Of a stretch of DNA of 64,000 bases, positions 52,805 through 61,551 are shown piece by piece. Source of the stretch: Oscillospiraceae bacterium (GTDB taxonomy: Bacteria > Bacillota > Clostridia > Oscillospirales > Acutalibacteraceae); assembly GCA_902788995.1 (NCBI GenBank), contig CADAMO010000001.1, positions 8,746 to 72,745 on the forward strand, written 5' to 3'. Made by a program: the position numbers and the translations under genes. The notes under the pieces were generated by a model. The model saw only the letters and a program-made list of their open reading frames with translations. It did not search any database and was not told where the DNA came from. Position 1 is the stretch's first letter, and each line of letters begins with the position of its first letter.

Positions 52805-52823
52805 TTCAGACCCTTCCCTCTCA

Positions 52824-52857
52824 ATAATTCCGCATTCCGCATTCCGAATTCCGCATT
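52824..52857. repeat. Heptad array, right arm of cassette I5
   Basis: Reverse complement reads AATGCGG AATTCGG AATGCGG AATGCGG AATTAT, 32/34 identical to the left arm. Confidence 0.92.
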
Positions 52858-52865
52858 AAAAAGGC

Positions 52866-54464
52866 TTACGATTTTGTCGCTTCCCCGAAATACAGCTGAT
52901 CCCCTCCACGGTAATCGACGCCTGAAACGCCCTTGGTGCAGACGAAATAGGTGCTTTCATTCCACACCGGCAGCATGAACACGTCGGAGGCCAGCAGGTT
53001 TTCCAGCGAGCGGTAGCAGGCCGCGAATTTCACGTTGTCGCCGGAATACAGGGTGTTGACCAGCAGGTTGGCGGTGGCGGAGGCGTAATGGGCGAAGTTG
53101 TCGCCGGAATAGGAGGTGAACGCGCCGAAATAATCGTAGGTGCTGAAGGTTTCCGCCTTGACCGGGTAGAAGGCGATCTGATAGCTGCCGGAGGCGACGG
53201 CATCCCGCAGCTCCTGAGCGGTGACGGCGCTGATGTTGACCGAAACCGTCACGCCCAACAGCTTCTGCCACTCCTGCAGCAGCTTGCGCATCGCGTCCGC
53301 GTGCTGCTCCTCGCACAGCAGCGTCAGCTCCACGGAGGTTTTGTCCAGCGCTTCCAGCGCCTTTTGCAGGTAGTCGTAGACTTTTTCCTCATTGTAAAGA
53401 TTCGGATGGGACCCCACCAGCCCGCTGGCGGCGCTTTCCGGGGCGTAACCGGCGTTCAAGGTCTTTCCCGCGTTGGCGGCAATGGCGGCGGTATCCGTGG
53501 CGCTGGCCAGCGCCTTGCGCAGGTCCGCGTTGGAAAGGGCCGGGTCGTCAAGGTTGAACACCAGACTGCGCAGCAGGTTGCGGTTCTCTTTCACCGTAAA
53601 GCCCTTCCTGACGCGCAGCCTGCCGTATTCCTCCGCGGTCAGCGCCGCGCAGGAGTATTCGCTGTCCGCCAGATCCTTGAGCAGGTTGTTCCGGTCGGCC
53701 ACGTAATAATACCACAGATAGTCCGCGTTGCCCGGGTGTTCCCCGTGATAGTCGGGGTTCCGGTTCAACCGGTAGGAGTTCTCGTCGAAGCGGGAGAGAT
53801 AATAGGGCCCGTTGGACAGGATAAACTTGATATAGGTGCCGTACCGGCCGATGCAGGCGTTGAAGAAGACCTCGCTGCAGGGCATGGCGGCAGGTTCCGC
53901 CAGCACGGTCAGAAAGTTGCTCTGCCGCCGCGTCAGGTTGATCTGCAGGGTGTGGGCGTCAATGGCGTAAACGCCCAGGGTCTCCGGCGCGGCTTTGCTC
54001 TGGTGAATGGCTTCGGCGTTGACGACGTTCATGAACCGGAAGGCGTCGGGGGAGCCCATGGCGGGGTCCACCGCCCGGCGCAGGGCAAACTCAAAATCAT
54101 AGGCCGTGACGGTCAGCGGAAAATTGTCCGGCAGGCGGCTTTCCAACTGTTCCTGCGCGTTGCTGGTCAGGTGCCACGCCGCGTCGGGGCGCAGCGTGAA
54201 AAAGTAGGTGAGCCCGTCGGGGCTGACCGTCCAGGAGGAGGCCACGCCCGGGGCGACGCTGCCGTCGGCTGCCACGGTGACAAGGCCCTCATAGCAGCCG
54301 CGGACGATCATCCTTCCCGTCTCGTCTGAGACGATCTGGGGATCGAAGCCCTTGGCCGGGGCGTCCACCGCGGCGTAAAAGATCAGATCGCCCTTGCCGG
54401 AGCAGGCCGTCAGCCCCGTCAGCAGCAGGGCGGCGATCAGCAATATGGAAATGCGTTGTTTCAT
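52866..54464 (-). CDS. Family 5 solute-binding lipoprotein (peptide/oligosaccharide type)
   Basis: ATG 54464 (MKQRISILLIAALLLTGLTACSG lipobox). SBP_bac_5-like length. The listed start at 54566 overlaps the upstream gene. Confidence 0.8.
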   Translation of the reverse strand: MKQRISILLIAALLLTGLTACSGKGDLIFYAAVDAPAKGFDPQIVSDETGRMIVRGCYEGLVTVAADGSVAPGVASSWTVSPDGLTYFFTLRPDAAWHLTSNAQEQLESRLPDNFPLTVTAYDFEFALRRAVDPAMGSPDAFRFMNVVNAEAIHQSKAAPETLGVYAIDAHTLQINLTRRQSNFLTVLAEPAAMPCSEVFFNACIGRYGTYIKFILSNGPYYLSRFDENSYRLNRNPDYHGEHPGNADYLWYYYVADRNNLLKDLADSEYSCAALTAEEYGRLRVRKGFTVKENRNLLRSLVFNLDDPALSNADLRKALASATDTAAIAANAGKTLNAGYAPESAASGLVGSHPNLYNEEKVYDYLQKALEALDKTSVELTLLCEEQHADAMRKLLQEWQKLLGVTVSVNISAVTAQELRDAVASGSYQIAFYPVKAETFSTYDYFGAFTSYSGDNFAHYASATANLLVNTLYSGDNVKFAACYRSLENLLASDVFMLPVWNESTYFVCTKGVSGVDYRGGDQLYFGEATKS

Positions 54465-54471
54465 GATAGTG

Positions 54472-56001
54472 TTACGGTTCCTGCGCCTTGGCGCTTTCCT
54501 CGCCCCCGGTAGCCCTGGCCGCCTGCGCGGCGCGGGTGCGTTCCAGGTCGAGATACATTTTTTCACGCATGGGTTTGTCGATGTTGTAGAAGATCATGGG
54601 GATCAGCCCCAGCAGGTCGAAGATCAGGTGCGGGCCGTGGGCCAGCAGGAAGATGCGCCATTTGGTCTCCGTTGTCTGAATGGCGTCCTCGCCGATCTGA
54701 TACCCCGCCCAGGATTGCAGCAGGCGGGAGTTGATGAGCTGCAGCAGCATGTCCTTGATCTTGTTGAAATAGCCCTTCATCATGCCGATGGTGGCCTCCA
54801 CACGGAAGCCGTTCTTCCACTCGCAGTAGTCCAGCACCTCGTAGTTGATCTCATCCTTGATGATGCCCTTGGTGGCGTAGAAGACCATCTCCAGCATGTT
54901 GCCCGCGCCGAAGGCGATGGTCATGGGGAGCTTTTTCAGGTACCATCCGTTCTCCTTGCCGCCGATCATCCCCACGAAGAAGAACAGCGCTTCGGAAACG
55001 ACGATGGAGCCGCTCTGGAAGAACCAGAGGGTCTTGGTGGAGAACCGCGCCCGGAACTTCGGCACGAAAGCGTAGCTGGCGTAGGAGAGAGGCATGCCTG
55101 GGATGCCCGCCACCATGCCGATGGTGTTGAATTTCAGCACGTCGTTGCGGTACAGGGCCTCGTCCGCCCCCACGTCGATGCCGCCCACCAGGTCGCAGAG
55201 GGTGGAGACCAGCAGGGGCCGGTTGCGGAAGACGGAGAGCACGCCCTTCACCGGGTGGGGCGGCTTTTCCGACTGGGGCACCCGCTCGCGGCTGTTGATG
55301 TACCAGAAAATGGTGGGCACGATGGCGACCACCCATACGACGGTCTTGGTGGTGACGAACACGTTGGTCATGGAGCCCTTCATCACGCCGTTGTTGATAA
55401 GGTCGTAGAGGAAGGACAGGATCTGCCCCGGGAATTTGGCGATCAGGTCCCCCACGAACTTGGCGCTGACCAGCAGCGAGGTGCGCTCGTTGGGGTTGGG
55501 CGTGAAAACGTTGTCGATATAGCCGCCCCCGCCGAAAAACGCGCCGATGGTCTCGTTGGCGTAGTTGAAGATCATCAGCATCAGAAGCCTGCCCGCCGCG
55601 TCCAGCCCCCAGGCGTTGGCAAACAGGGGCATAAAGCAGCTGAACACGCCCATGATGACGCCGGGCAGCAAAGAGAGGTACTGGAAGGGCTTGAATTTGC
55701 CCCACCGGGTGCGCATGTTGTCGATGATGGCGGCGGAGAGCGGGTCGTTGATCATGTCGTAGATCCGCAGTCCCGCCATGGCGTTGGCGTAGCTTTCCGG
55801 CAGCACGCCGAAAATTTTATACAGCCACAGGCTGGAGCCCACGTCGTTGGAACCGAGGGTGATGCCCCCCAGCGCTTTATAGGTCACGTAGGAGATGCGC
55901 TCTTTGGTGGAACAGAACAGGCGGTCCATGTACGCCTGGTTCATCTCCTGCCCCTGTGCTTCGGGGGACTGCGCCGTCACGGCGTTGACGTTGTCATCCA
56001 T
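54472..56001 (-). CDS. Glycoside-pentoside-hexuronide (GPH):cation symporter family transporter
   Basis: MelB/GPH signature INDPLSAAIIDNMRTRWGKFKPF and about 12 TM segments. ATG 56001 overlaps the upstream gene end by 8 nt. Confidence 0.82.
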   Translation of the reverse strand: MDDNVNAVTAQSPEAQGQEMNQAYMDRLFCSTKERISYVTYKALGGITLGSNDVGSSLWLYKIFGVLPESYANAMAGLRIYDMINDPLSAAIIDNMRTRWGKFKPFQYLSLLPGVIMGVFSCFMPLFANAWGLDAAGRLLMLMIFNYANETIGAFFGGGGYIDNVFTPNPNERTSLLVSAKFVGDLIAKFPGQILSFLYDLINNGVMKGSMTNVFVTTKTVVWVVAIVPTIFWYINSRERVPQSEKPPHPVKGVLSVFRNRPLLVSTLCDLVGGIDVGADEALYRNDVLKFNTIGMVAGIPGMPLSYASYAFVPKFRARFSTKTLWFFQSGSIVVSEALFFFVGMIGGKENGWYLKKLPMTIAFGAGNMLEMVFYATKGIIKDEINYEVLDYCEWKNGFRVEATIGMMKGYFNKIKDMLLQLINSRLLQSWAGYQIGEDAIQTTETKWRIFLLAHGPHLIFDLLGLIPMIFYNIDKPMREKMYLDLERTRAAQAARATGGEESAKAQEP

Positions 56002-56824
56002 TCGCGTGCGCCTCCTTTTCCCGTTCGGCGGCCTCAAAGGCGGCCTGCTTTTCGTTGTACCGTTCCTGCAGGCGGCGGTACTGCTCGGCGCGGATGGCCT
56101 CCCGCGTCATGGTCTTTTCCATCTCAAAGTACTCTTCTATCGGTATGCCGCCCACGTAGCACTGCTTGTGGACGATCTCCACCGGGTGCCACAGCACCCA
56201 GAGGTCCACCGCCGCGTTGACGATCATCAGGCCGAGGTAGAGATACGCGCCGATCCCCGCTGTGCCGGTGAAGGCGCCGCCTTTAGGCAGCAAAAAGGGC
56301 GCGGCGGCGGGCAGAAGAGACGTCAGCAGCAACAGGACGTTCAGCGCCACCCCGCGGGGCTTCGCCTTGGGGGAGCAGGCCAGCGTCAGCAGAATGAAAT
56401 GCAGCAGCACCAGCACCACGGAAAGGGCCAGCGAGAAGACGCCCGCCGTGAGCTGTGGCGAGAGCTTCATCAGCGCCCCCAGGTCGCACTCCCGCAGGGC
56501 GTTATAGACGTTGATGACCGTCACGTTCCCGGATAACTGCGCAAAGCCCTCCGGCGCCGTCAGCTTCCAGACGGGCAGGAACAGGGCCCCGACGGGTAAA
56601 AGGGAGGTGAAGATCCGCGCAATGGCGGGTTTTGAACCGATAAAGGCGGTTTTCAGCCGGTCGATTTTTTTCTGAAAATGATAGTGCTGCACCTCCGCGA
56701 CGTCCGCTTCCTGCATCAGCCGTTCCTGCCGGTCGTAGAGGATCAGGTTGACGCCGCAGTGGGGGCATTTCTGCTTCCAGTCGATCAGCCGCAGATGCTC
56801 GCCGCATTTGGGACAGTTTGCCAT
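55994..56824 (-). CDS. Zinc-ribbon membrane protein
   Basis: ATG 56824. CPKCG..CPHCG ribbon, then 4-5 TM segments and a charged coiled C-terminus. Confidence 0.7.
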   Translation of the reverse strand: MANCPKCGEHLRLIDWKQKCPHCGVNLILYDRQERLMQEADVAEVQHYHFQKKIDRLKTAFIGSKPAIARIFTSLLPVGALFLPVWKLTAPEGFAQLSGNVTVINVYNALRECDLGALMKLSPQLTAGVFSLALSVVLVLLHFILLTLACSPKAKPRGVALNVLLLLTSLLPAAAPFLLPKGGAFTGTAGIGAYLYLGLMIVNAAVDLWVLWHPVEIVHKQCYVGGIPIEEYFEMEKTMTREAIRAEQYRRLQERYNEKQAAFEAAEREKEAHANG

Positions 56825-57010
56825 GGCCGCGCTCACTCCTTTTTTCGTTTTTGCCTCTTTTACTGTATAAAGGAAAAGTGAAAAACAGGTGACGTCCCGG
56901 CGCGGGCATGATCGCCGTCCGCCGCCGGGGGAAAACAAGAATATATCTGTTTTTATTTTCCCACATTCCCCCGGGCTTTGTCAATACCCTTTGCCGGGAA
57001 AATGGGATTT

Positions 57011-57122
57011 GTCGGGGCAAAACCGCCGAAGCGCCGCCAGTGGCGGATGAAGCGAGGCGGTTTTGGTGAGCAAACACAGAGCGATGCGAGTGCTCCAAGC
57101 GAAGCTGCGCGACAATGTTTGC
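57011..57122. repeat. Repeat R2, copy 2
   Basis: GTCGGGGCAAAACCGCCGAAGCGCCGCC..GGTTTTGGTGAGCAAACACAGAGCGATGCG. Contains the 9-bp stem AAAACCGCC/GGCGGTTTT and the 7-bp stem GCAAACA/TGTTTGC. Confidence 0.5.
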
Positions 57123-57138
57123 GAGGGGCAATATCATC

Positions 57139-57289
57139 GTAGCGCGGCACCTCAGTGCCGCTCTTGACAAATGTAGCTTTTGAAACGGATTTTGGAATTA
57201 TCTGCCGTTTTCTCTTACATAATGAGCGTTAAGGCAACTATTTATAATAGTTGTTTGTGCTTATAGCGGCACTGAGGTGCCGCGCTACC
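57139..57289 (+). repeat. REPIN-like doublet M4
   Basis: GTAGCGCGGCACCTCAGTGCCGC .. AATAGTTGTT-N10-GCGGCACTGAGGTGCCGCGCTACC. Confidence 0.9.
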
Positions 57290-57434
57290 GCATGGGGCAA
57301 CATCTCGACAACCCTCAATTTGCCTCCTTCTGTCGTTCAATCAACTTTCTTTAAATAATATTCATACTTCTTTCATAAACCGTTCGTTTTTTCGATGCAA
57401 AATAGAATCAATATTCAAAAAGGGGAAAGAAACA

Positions 57435-58031
57435 ATGGACGTATTACCGAGAGATGAGGCCGTCGCGCTTCTGAAAACCTATAACAAGGACCTGTTCCAT
57501 CTGCGCCACGCCTACACGGTGGAGGGCGTCATGCGCTGGTACGCCAATGAACTGGGCTACGGCGCTGACGCCGATTTCTGGGCGCAGGCGGGGCTGCTGC
57601 ACGATATCGACTTTGAATTATACCCGGAGCAGCACTGCATCAAAGCGCCGGAGCTGCTCAAAGAGGGCGGGGCTTCCGACGAGCTGATCCACGCGGTCTG
57701 CTCCCACGGTTACGGCATCACCGTGGACGTCGTGCCGGAGCACGAGATGGAAAAGGTGCTTTTCGCCGCGGATGAGCTCACCGGGCTGATCGGCGCGGCG
57801 GCGCTGATGCGGCCCTCCAAAAGCACCAAGGATATGGAGGTTTCCAGCCTGAAAAAGAAATTCAAGGATAAAAAGTTCGCGGCGGGCTGCTCCCGGGATG
57901 TCATCACCCGGGGCGCGGAGCTGCTGGGCTGGGAGCTGCCGGAGCTGATGGAAAAGACCATCCTCGCCATGCGCGATTGCGAGGACGCGGTGAACGAGGC
58001 CATGCAGCGGGAGGAAAAGGCCGATGTATGA
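57435..58031 (+). CDS. HD domain phosphohydrolase
   Basis: LRHAYTVEGV..GLLHDIDFE..AVCSHGYG motifs of small HD/HDIG proteins. Confidence 0.8.
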   Translation: MDVLPRDEAVALLKTYNKDLFHLRHAYTVEGVMRWYANELGYGADADFWAQAGLLHDIDFELYPEQHCIKAPELLKEGGASDELIHAVCSHGYGITVDVVPEHEMEKVLFAADELTGLIGAAALMRPSKSTKDMEVSSLKKKFKDKKFAAGCSRDVITRGAELLGWELPELMEKTILAMRDCEDAVNEAMQREEKADV

Positions 58032-59418
58032 GGGATATGAGCGCGACAAACGGCTGGTGGCCTGTGTGCCGTCGGAGCGCCAGCTGCGCCTGCAGCAGAT
58101 GGAGTTCTACGCTTTCGCCCACATCACGGTGAACACCTTTACCGATCAGGAATGGGGCGACGGCACAGAGGCGGAAGCCGTCTTCAACCCGAAAAAACTG
58201 GACGCGGATCAGTGGGTCGCGGCGATCAAATCCGCCGGCATGACCGGGCTGATCGTCACCGCCAAGCACCACGACGGCTTTTGCCTGTGGCCATCCGCCT
58301 ATACGGAGCACAGCGTCAAGAATTCCCCCTTCCGGGGCGGAAAAGGCGACGTGGTGAAGGAGGCGGCGGAGGCCTGCAGGCGGGGCGGTATCAGATTCGG
58401 CGTGTACCTCTCCCCCTGGGACCGCAACTGCCCCCTTTACGGGCAGGGCAAGCCCTATGACGATTATTTCTGCGCCCAGATGACGGAGCTGCTGACGAAC
58501 TACGGCGATCTGTTCTGCGTGTGGTTCGACGGTGCCTGCGGAGAGGGGCCCAACGGCAAAAAGCAGGTCTACGACTGGCAGCGTTATTACGCGGTTGTGC
58601 GGCAGTACCAGCCGGAGGCCTGCATCTCCATCTGCGGGCCGGACGTGCGCTGGTGCGGAAACGAGGCCGGCGTCACCCGCCAGAGCGAGTGGAGCGTGGT
58701 GCCGGAGGGGCTGCGGCTGGCGGCGGACGGAGACGATCCCGCAACGGTGCTGTCCGAGACGGACCCGGAGCTGGGCAGCCGCGAGCTGCTGGAACGGGCC
58801 CCCGCTTTGATGTGGAAACCGGCGGAGACCGACGTTTCCATCCGGCCCGGTTGGTTCTGGCACAAAAAGGAGAACCGGCAGGTGAAGACGGTGAAGGAGC
58901 TGACCGACCTGTACCTGCGGACCGTGGGCGGCAACAGCACGCTGCTGCTGAATATCCCGCCGGACGCGGACGGCCTGTTTTCGCCGACGGACGTGCAGCG
59001 GCTGGCGCTGCTGGGCGATACGATCCGCGCCGTCTTTGCCGAAAATCTGGCGAAGGACGCGGTCTTTACCGCCTCCGCCGACGACGGCGTCCACACGGCG
59101 GAAAACCTGCGGGAGGATTCCTGCGATTCGTACTTCAAAACGAATGACGGCGACAATACCGTCACCGTCAGCGTGAAAATGCCGGAGATGCGCAAGCTGC
59201 ACATCCTGACGCTGAAGGAGGACCTCCGTTTCAGCCAGCGCATCGAGCGCTTCGCGGTGGAATACCGCTGCGGCAAGGGCTGGAAACGCATCTATGAGGG
59301 CACCACGGTGGGCTACAAAAAATACTGCCGCTTCCGTCCCGTCACCACCGACGAGATCCGCATTCTCATCTTGGATTCCCGCGTCTGCCCCGTGCTCTCC
59401 CACGCGGCGGTGTATTGA
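58024..59418 (+). CDS. GH29 alpha-L-fucosidase with C-terminal F5/8 type C-like domain
   Basis: ..ITVNTFTDQEWGDG..AGMTGLIVTAKHHDGFCLWPS..GVYLSPWDRN..WFDGA.. 8-nt overlap with the HD gene. Confidence 0.85.
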   Translation: MYEGYERDKRLVACVPSERQLRLQQMEFYAFAHITVNTFTDQEWGDGTEAEAVFNPKKLDADQWVAAIKSAGMTGLIVTAKHHDGFCLWPSAYTEHSVKNSPFRGGKGDVVKEAAEACRRGGIRFGVYLSPWDRNCPLYGQGKPYDDYFCAQMTELLTNYGDLFCVWFDGACGEGPNGKKQVYDWQRYYAVVRQYQPEACISICGPDVRWCGNEAGVTRQSEWSVVPEGLRLAADGDDPATVLSETDPELGSRELLERAPALMWKPAETDVSIRPGWFWHKKENRQVKTVKELTDLYLRTVGGNSTLLLNIPPDADGLFSPTDVQRLALLGDTIRAVFAENLAKDAVFTASADDGVHTAENLREDSCDSYFKTNDGDNTVTVSVKMPEMRKLHILTLKEDLRFSQRIERFAVEYRCGKGWKRIYEGTTVGYKKYCRFRPVTTDEIRILILDSRVCPVLSHAAVY

Positions 59419-59439
59419 TAGATCAAATGACGGCAACGT

Positions 59440-59474
59440 AAAAAGATCCCGGATTCACCCTCCGGGATCTTTTT
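59440..59474. terminator. Bidirectional intrinsic terminator
   Basis: AAAAAGATCCCGGA-TTCACCC-TCCGGGATCTTTTT between convergent genes. Confidence 0.8.
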
Positions 59475-59509
59475 GGATAAACGGATAGATGCAGCGGCCG
59501 GCGACTTTC

Positions 59510-60652
59510 TCACAGCGCCGTCGCTTTGCTGATGAAATAGCCCGGCAGCGCCACAAAGGCGAAAAAGGCGAGGCTGACGAGGGTGAACACCTTGATGAAT
59601 TTCATCCCGTTTTTCGGGTACTCCCGCACGTAGATGCGGTAGTTGATGACCGAGGCCAGCGAGCCGATCAGCGTACACAGGCCCGCCGAATCCAGCCCGT
59701 AGAGCAGCGCGCCGGTGTTCTGCGAGAAGGGGTACAGCACGATGGCGGCCGGCACGTTGGAGATCACCTGGCTGATCAGGATGCTGACGAGGTATTCCCT
59801 GCCCGCCACCGCCTTCCGCAAAAAGGCGGCGGTGTGTTCGTTGGCCGCCACGGAGGAGGAGAACACGAAAAAGCACAAAAAGGTCAGCAGCAGCACGTAG
59901 TCCGTTTTCAGCAGCAGCCGTCTGTCGGCGATCAGCACCGCCAGCAGCACGATCCCCACCGCAACGTACCACCAGGGCGTGCGGCTGACGATGGTGGCGA
60001 TCACCAGCGCGAACAGGCACAGCAGCACGGCCTTTTTGCCTTTGCCGCCCTCGCTCCCCTCCGTGAAGGTCTTTGGCGCAAGGGCCGTTTTCTCCCGCAG
60101 GTTCCGGCGGAACAGGAACAGCACGAAGGCCGCCAGCAGCGCGCCGGATAGGATCCAGAGGGGGAACATATAGGCCATGAAGCGCCAGGGGGAAACCCCG
60201 CTGCGCCCGAAGATGAACAGGTTCTGCGGGCTGCCGAAGGGGGTGAGCAGGGAACCCCGCACCGCCGCGATGTTTTCCATGGCCAGCAGCGGCAGAATGA
60301 ACGATTCCCGCCCCGCCGCGCGGAACAGCAGGATCGTCAGCGGCACGAAGATGATGAGCGACACGTCGTTGGTGACGAACATGGAGCTGAAAAAGACGGC
60401 GAACACCAAAAACAGCCCCAGCCCCGTCAGCGTGCCGATCTTACCCGCCAGCCGCAGCACCGGCGCGAAGACGTTCTCCTGCTTGAAGCCCTCCAGCACC
60501 GTCAGCATCATGAACAGCGTGCCCAGCGTCCGCCAGTCGATCTCCCTGAGCAGCGCCGCCGAAGGGGGCGTGAGGAACAGCGACAGCAGCGCCGCCGCCA
60601 CGGAGACGGTGAGCATGGGTTCTTTTTTCAGCCATTGTCCGATTCGTTTCAT
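59510..60652 (-). CDS. ArsB/NhaD-superfamily anion permease (citrate transporter-like)
   Basis: ATG 60652 with GGAGAA upstream. About 10 TM segments. The family call is tentative. Confidence 0.7.
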   Translation of the reverse strand: MKRIGQWLKKEPMLTVSVAAALLSLFLTPPSAALLREIDWRTLGTLFMMLTVLEGFKQENVFAPVLRLAGKIGTLTGLGLFLVFAVFFSSMFVTNDVSLIIFVPLTILLFRAAGRESFILPLLAMENIAAVRGSLLTPFGSPQNLFIFGRSGVSPWRFMAYMFPLWILSGALLAAFVLFLFRRNLREKTALAPKTFTEGSEGGKGKKAVLLCLFALVIATIVSRTPWWYVAVGIVLLAVLIADRRLLLKTDYVLLLTFLCFFVFSSSVAANEHTAAFLRKAVAGREYLVSILISQVISNVPAAIVLYPFSQNTGALLYGLDSAGLCTLIGSLASVINYRIYVREYPKNGMKFIKVFTLVSLAFFAFVALPGYFISKATAL

Positions 60653-60742
60653 ATCGTTCTCCAAGTCATACGCCGCAAGGCGTCGGTCTGACACGATTCT
60701 ACCACACCCGCTCACAAAAATCCACAAAAAAATCGTCACGAC

Positions 60743-60772
60743 TGGACAAAAACCGCCCGCCCGTGATATAAT
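60743..60772 (+). promoter_or_regulatory. Extended -10 promoter of the two-component operon
   Basis: TGGACA (60743-48), 18-nt spacer ending in TGA, TATAAT (60767-72). Confidence 0.55.
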
Positions 60773-60867
60773 AGAAAGAAATCAACGGGCATCGTTGGGG
60801 GCTCCGCCCTCCGCCGCACGGCGGAAGCGGTTTTCCCGGCGGCAATTTCCCGCAACGGAGGCAAAGC

Positions 60868-61551
60868 ATGGCAGAGACCGTATTGATCGTGGACGACGAA
60901 AAAGAGATCGCGGAGCTGGTGGAGCTGTACCTGAAAAACGAGGGGTTCCGCGTGTGCAAGGCGTACAGCGCGGCGCAGGCGATGGAGATCGTCGCCGGAG
61001 AGGACGTGTCGCTGGCCCTGCTGGACGTGATGCTGCCCGATACGGACGGTTTTACTCTCTGCCGCAAGCTGCGGGAGACCCATCTGTTCCCCATCATCAT
61101 GCTGACCGCCCGCACTGCCGACCTGGACAAGATCAACGGGCTGGCGCTGGGGGCGGACGACTATATCACCAAGCCCTTCAATCCGTTGGAGGTGGTCGCC
61201 CGGGTCAAGACCCAGCTGCGGCGCTACACCCAGTACAACACGGCGGAACCGTCGGTCTACGACAAGGACGGGTTATATGTCTGCGGGCAGACCCACGTGT
61301 GCGAGCTGTACGGCCAAAGTGTGCCGCTGACGCCCATCGAGTTCGGCATCCTGTGGTATCTGTGTGAACGCCGTGGCCAGGTGGTGCCCTCGGAGGAACT
61401 GTTTGAGGCGGTGTGGGGCGAGAAATACCTGGATAACAACAACACGGTCATGGCGCACATCGCCCGTTTGCGGGAAAAGCTGAACGAGCCGCCCCGCAGG
61501 CCGAAATTCATCAAAACCGTGTGGGGAGTGGGGTACAAGATCGATGCGTAA
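60868..61551 (+). CDS. OmpR-family response regulator (VanR-like)
   Basis: Receiver domain (VLIVDDE..LLDVMLPDTDG..TA) and winged-helix C-terminus (..FIKTVWGVGYKI). Confidence 0.9.
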   Translation: MAETVLIVDDEKEIAELVELYLKNEGFRVCKAYSAAQAMEIVAGEDVSLALLDVMLPDTDGFTLCRKLRETHLFPIIMLTARTADLDKINGLALGADDYITKPFNPLEVVARVKTQLRRYTQYNTAEPSVYDKDGLYVCGQTHVCELYGQSVPLTPIEFGILWYLCERRGQVVPSEELFEAVWGEKYLDNNNTVMAHIARLREKLNEPPRRPKFIKTVWGVGYKIDA

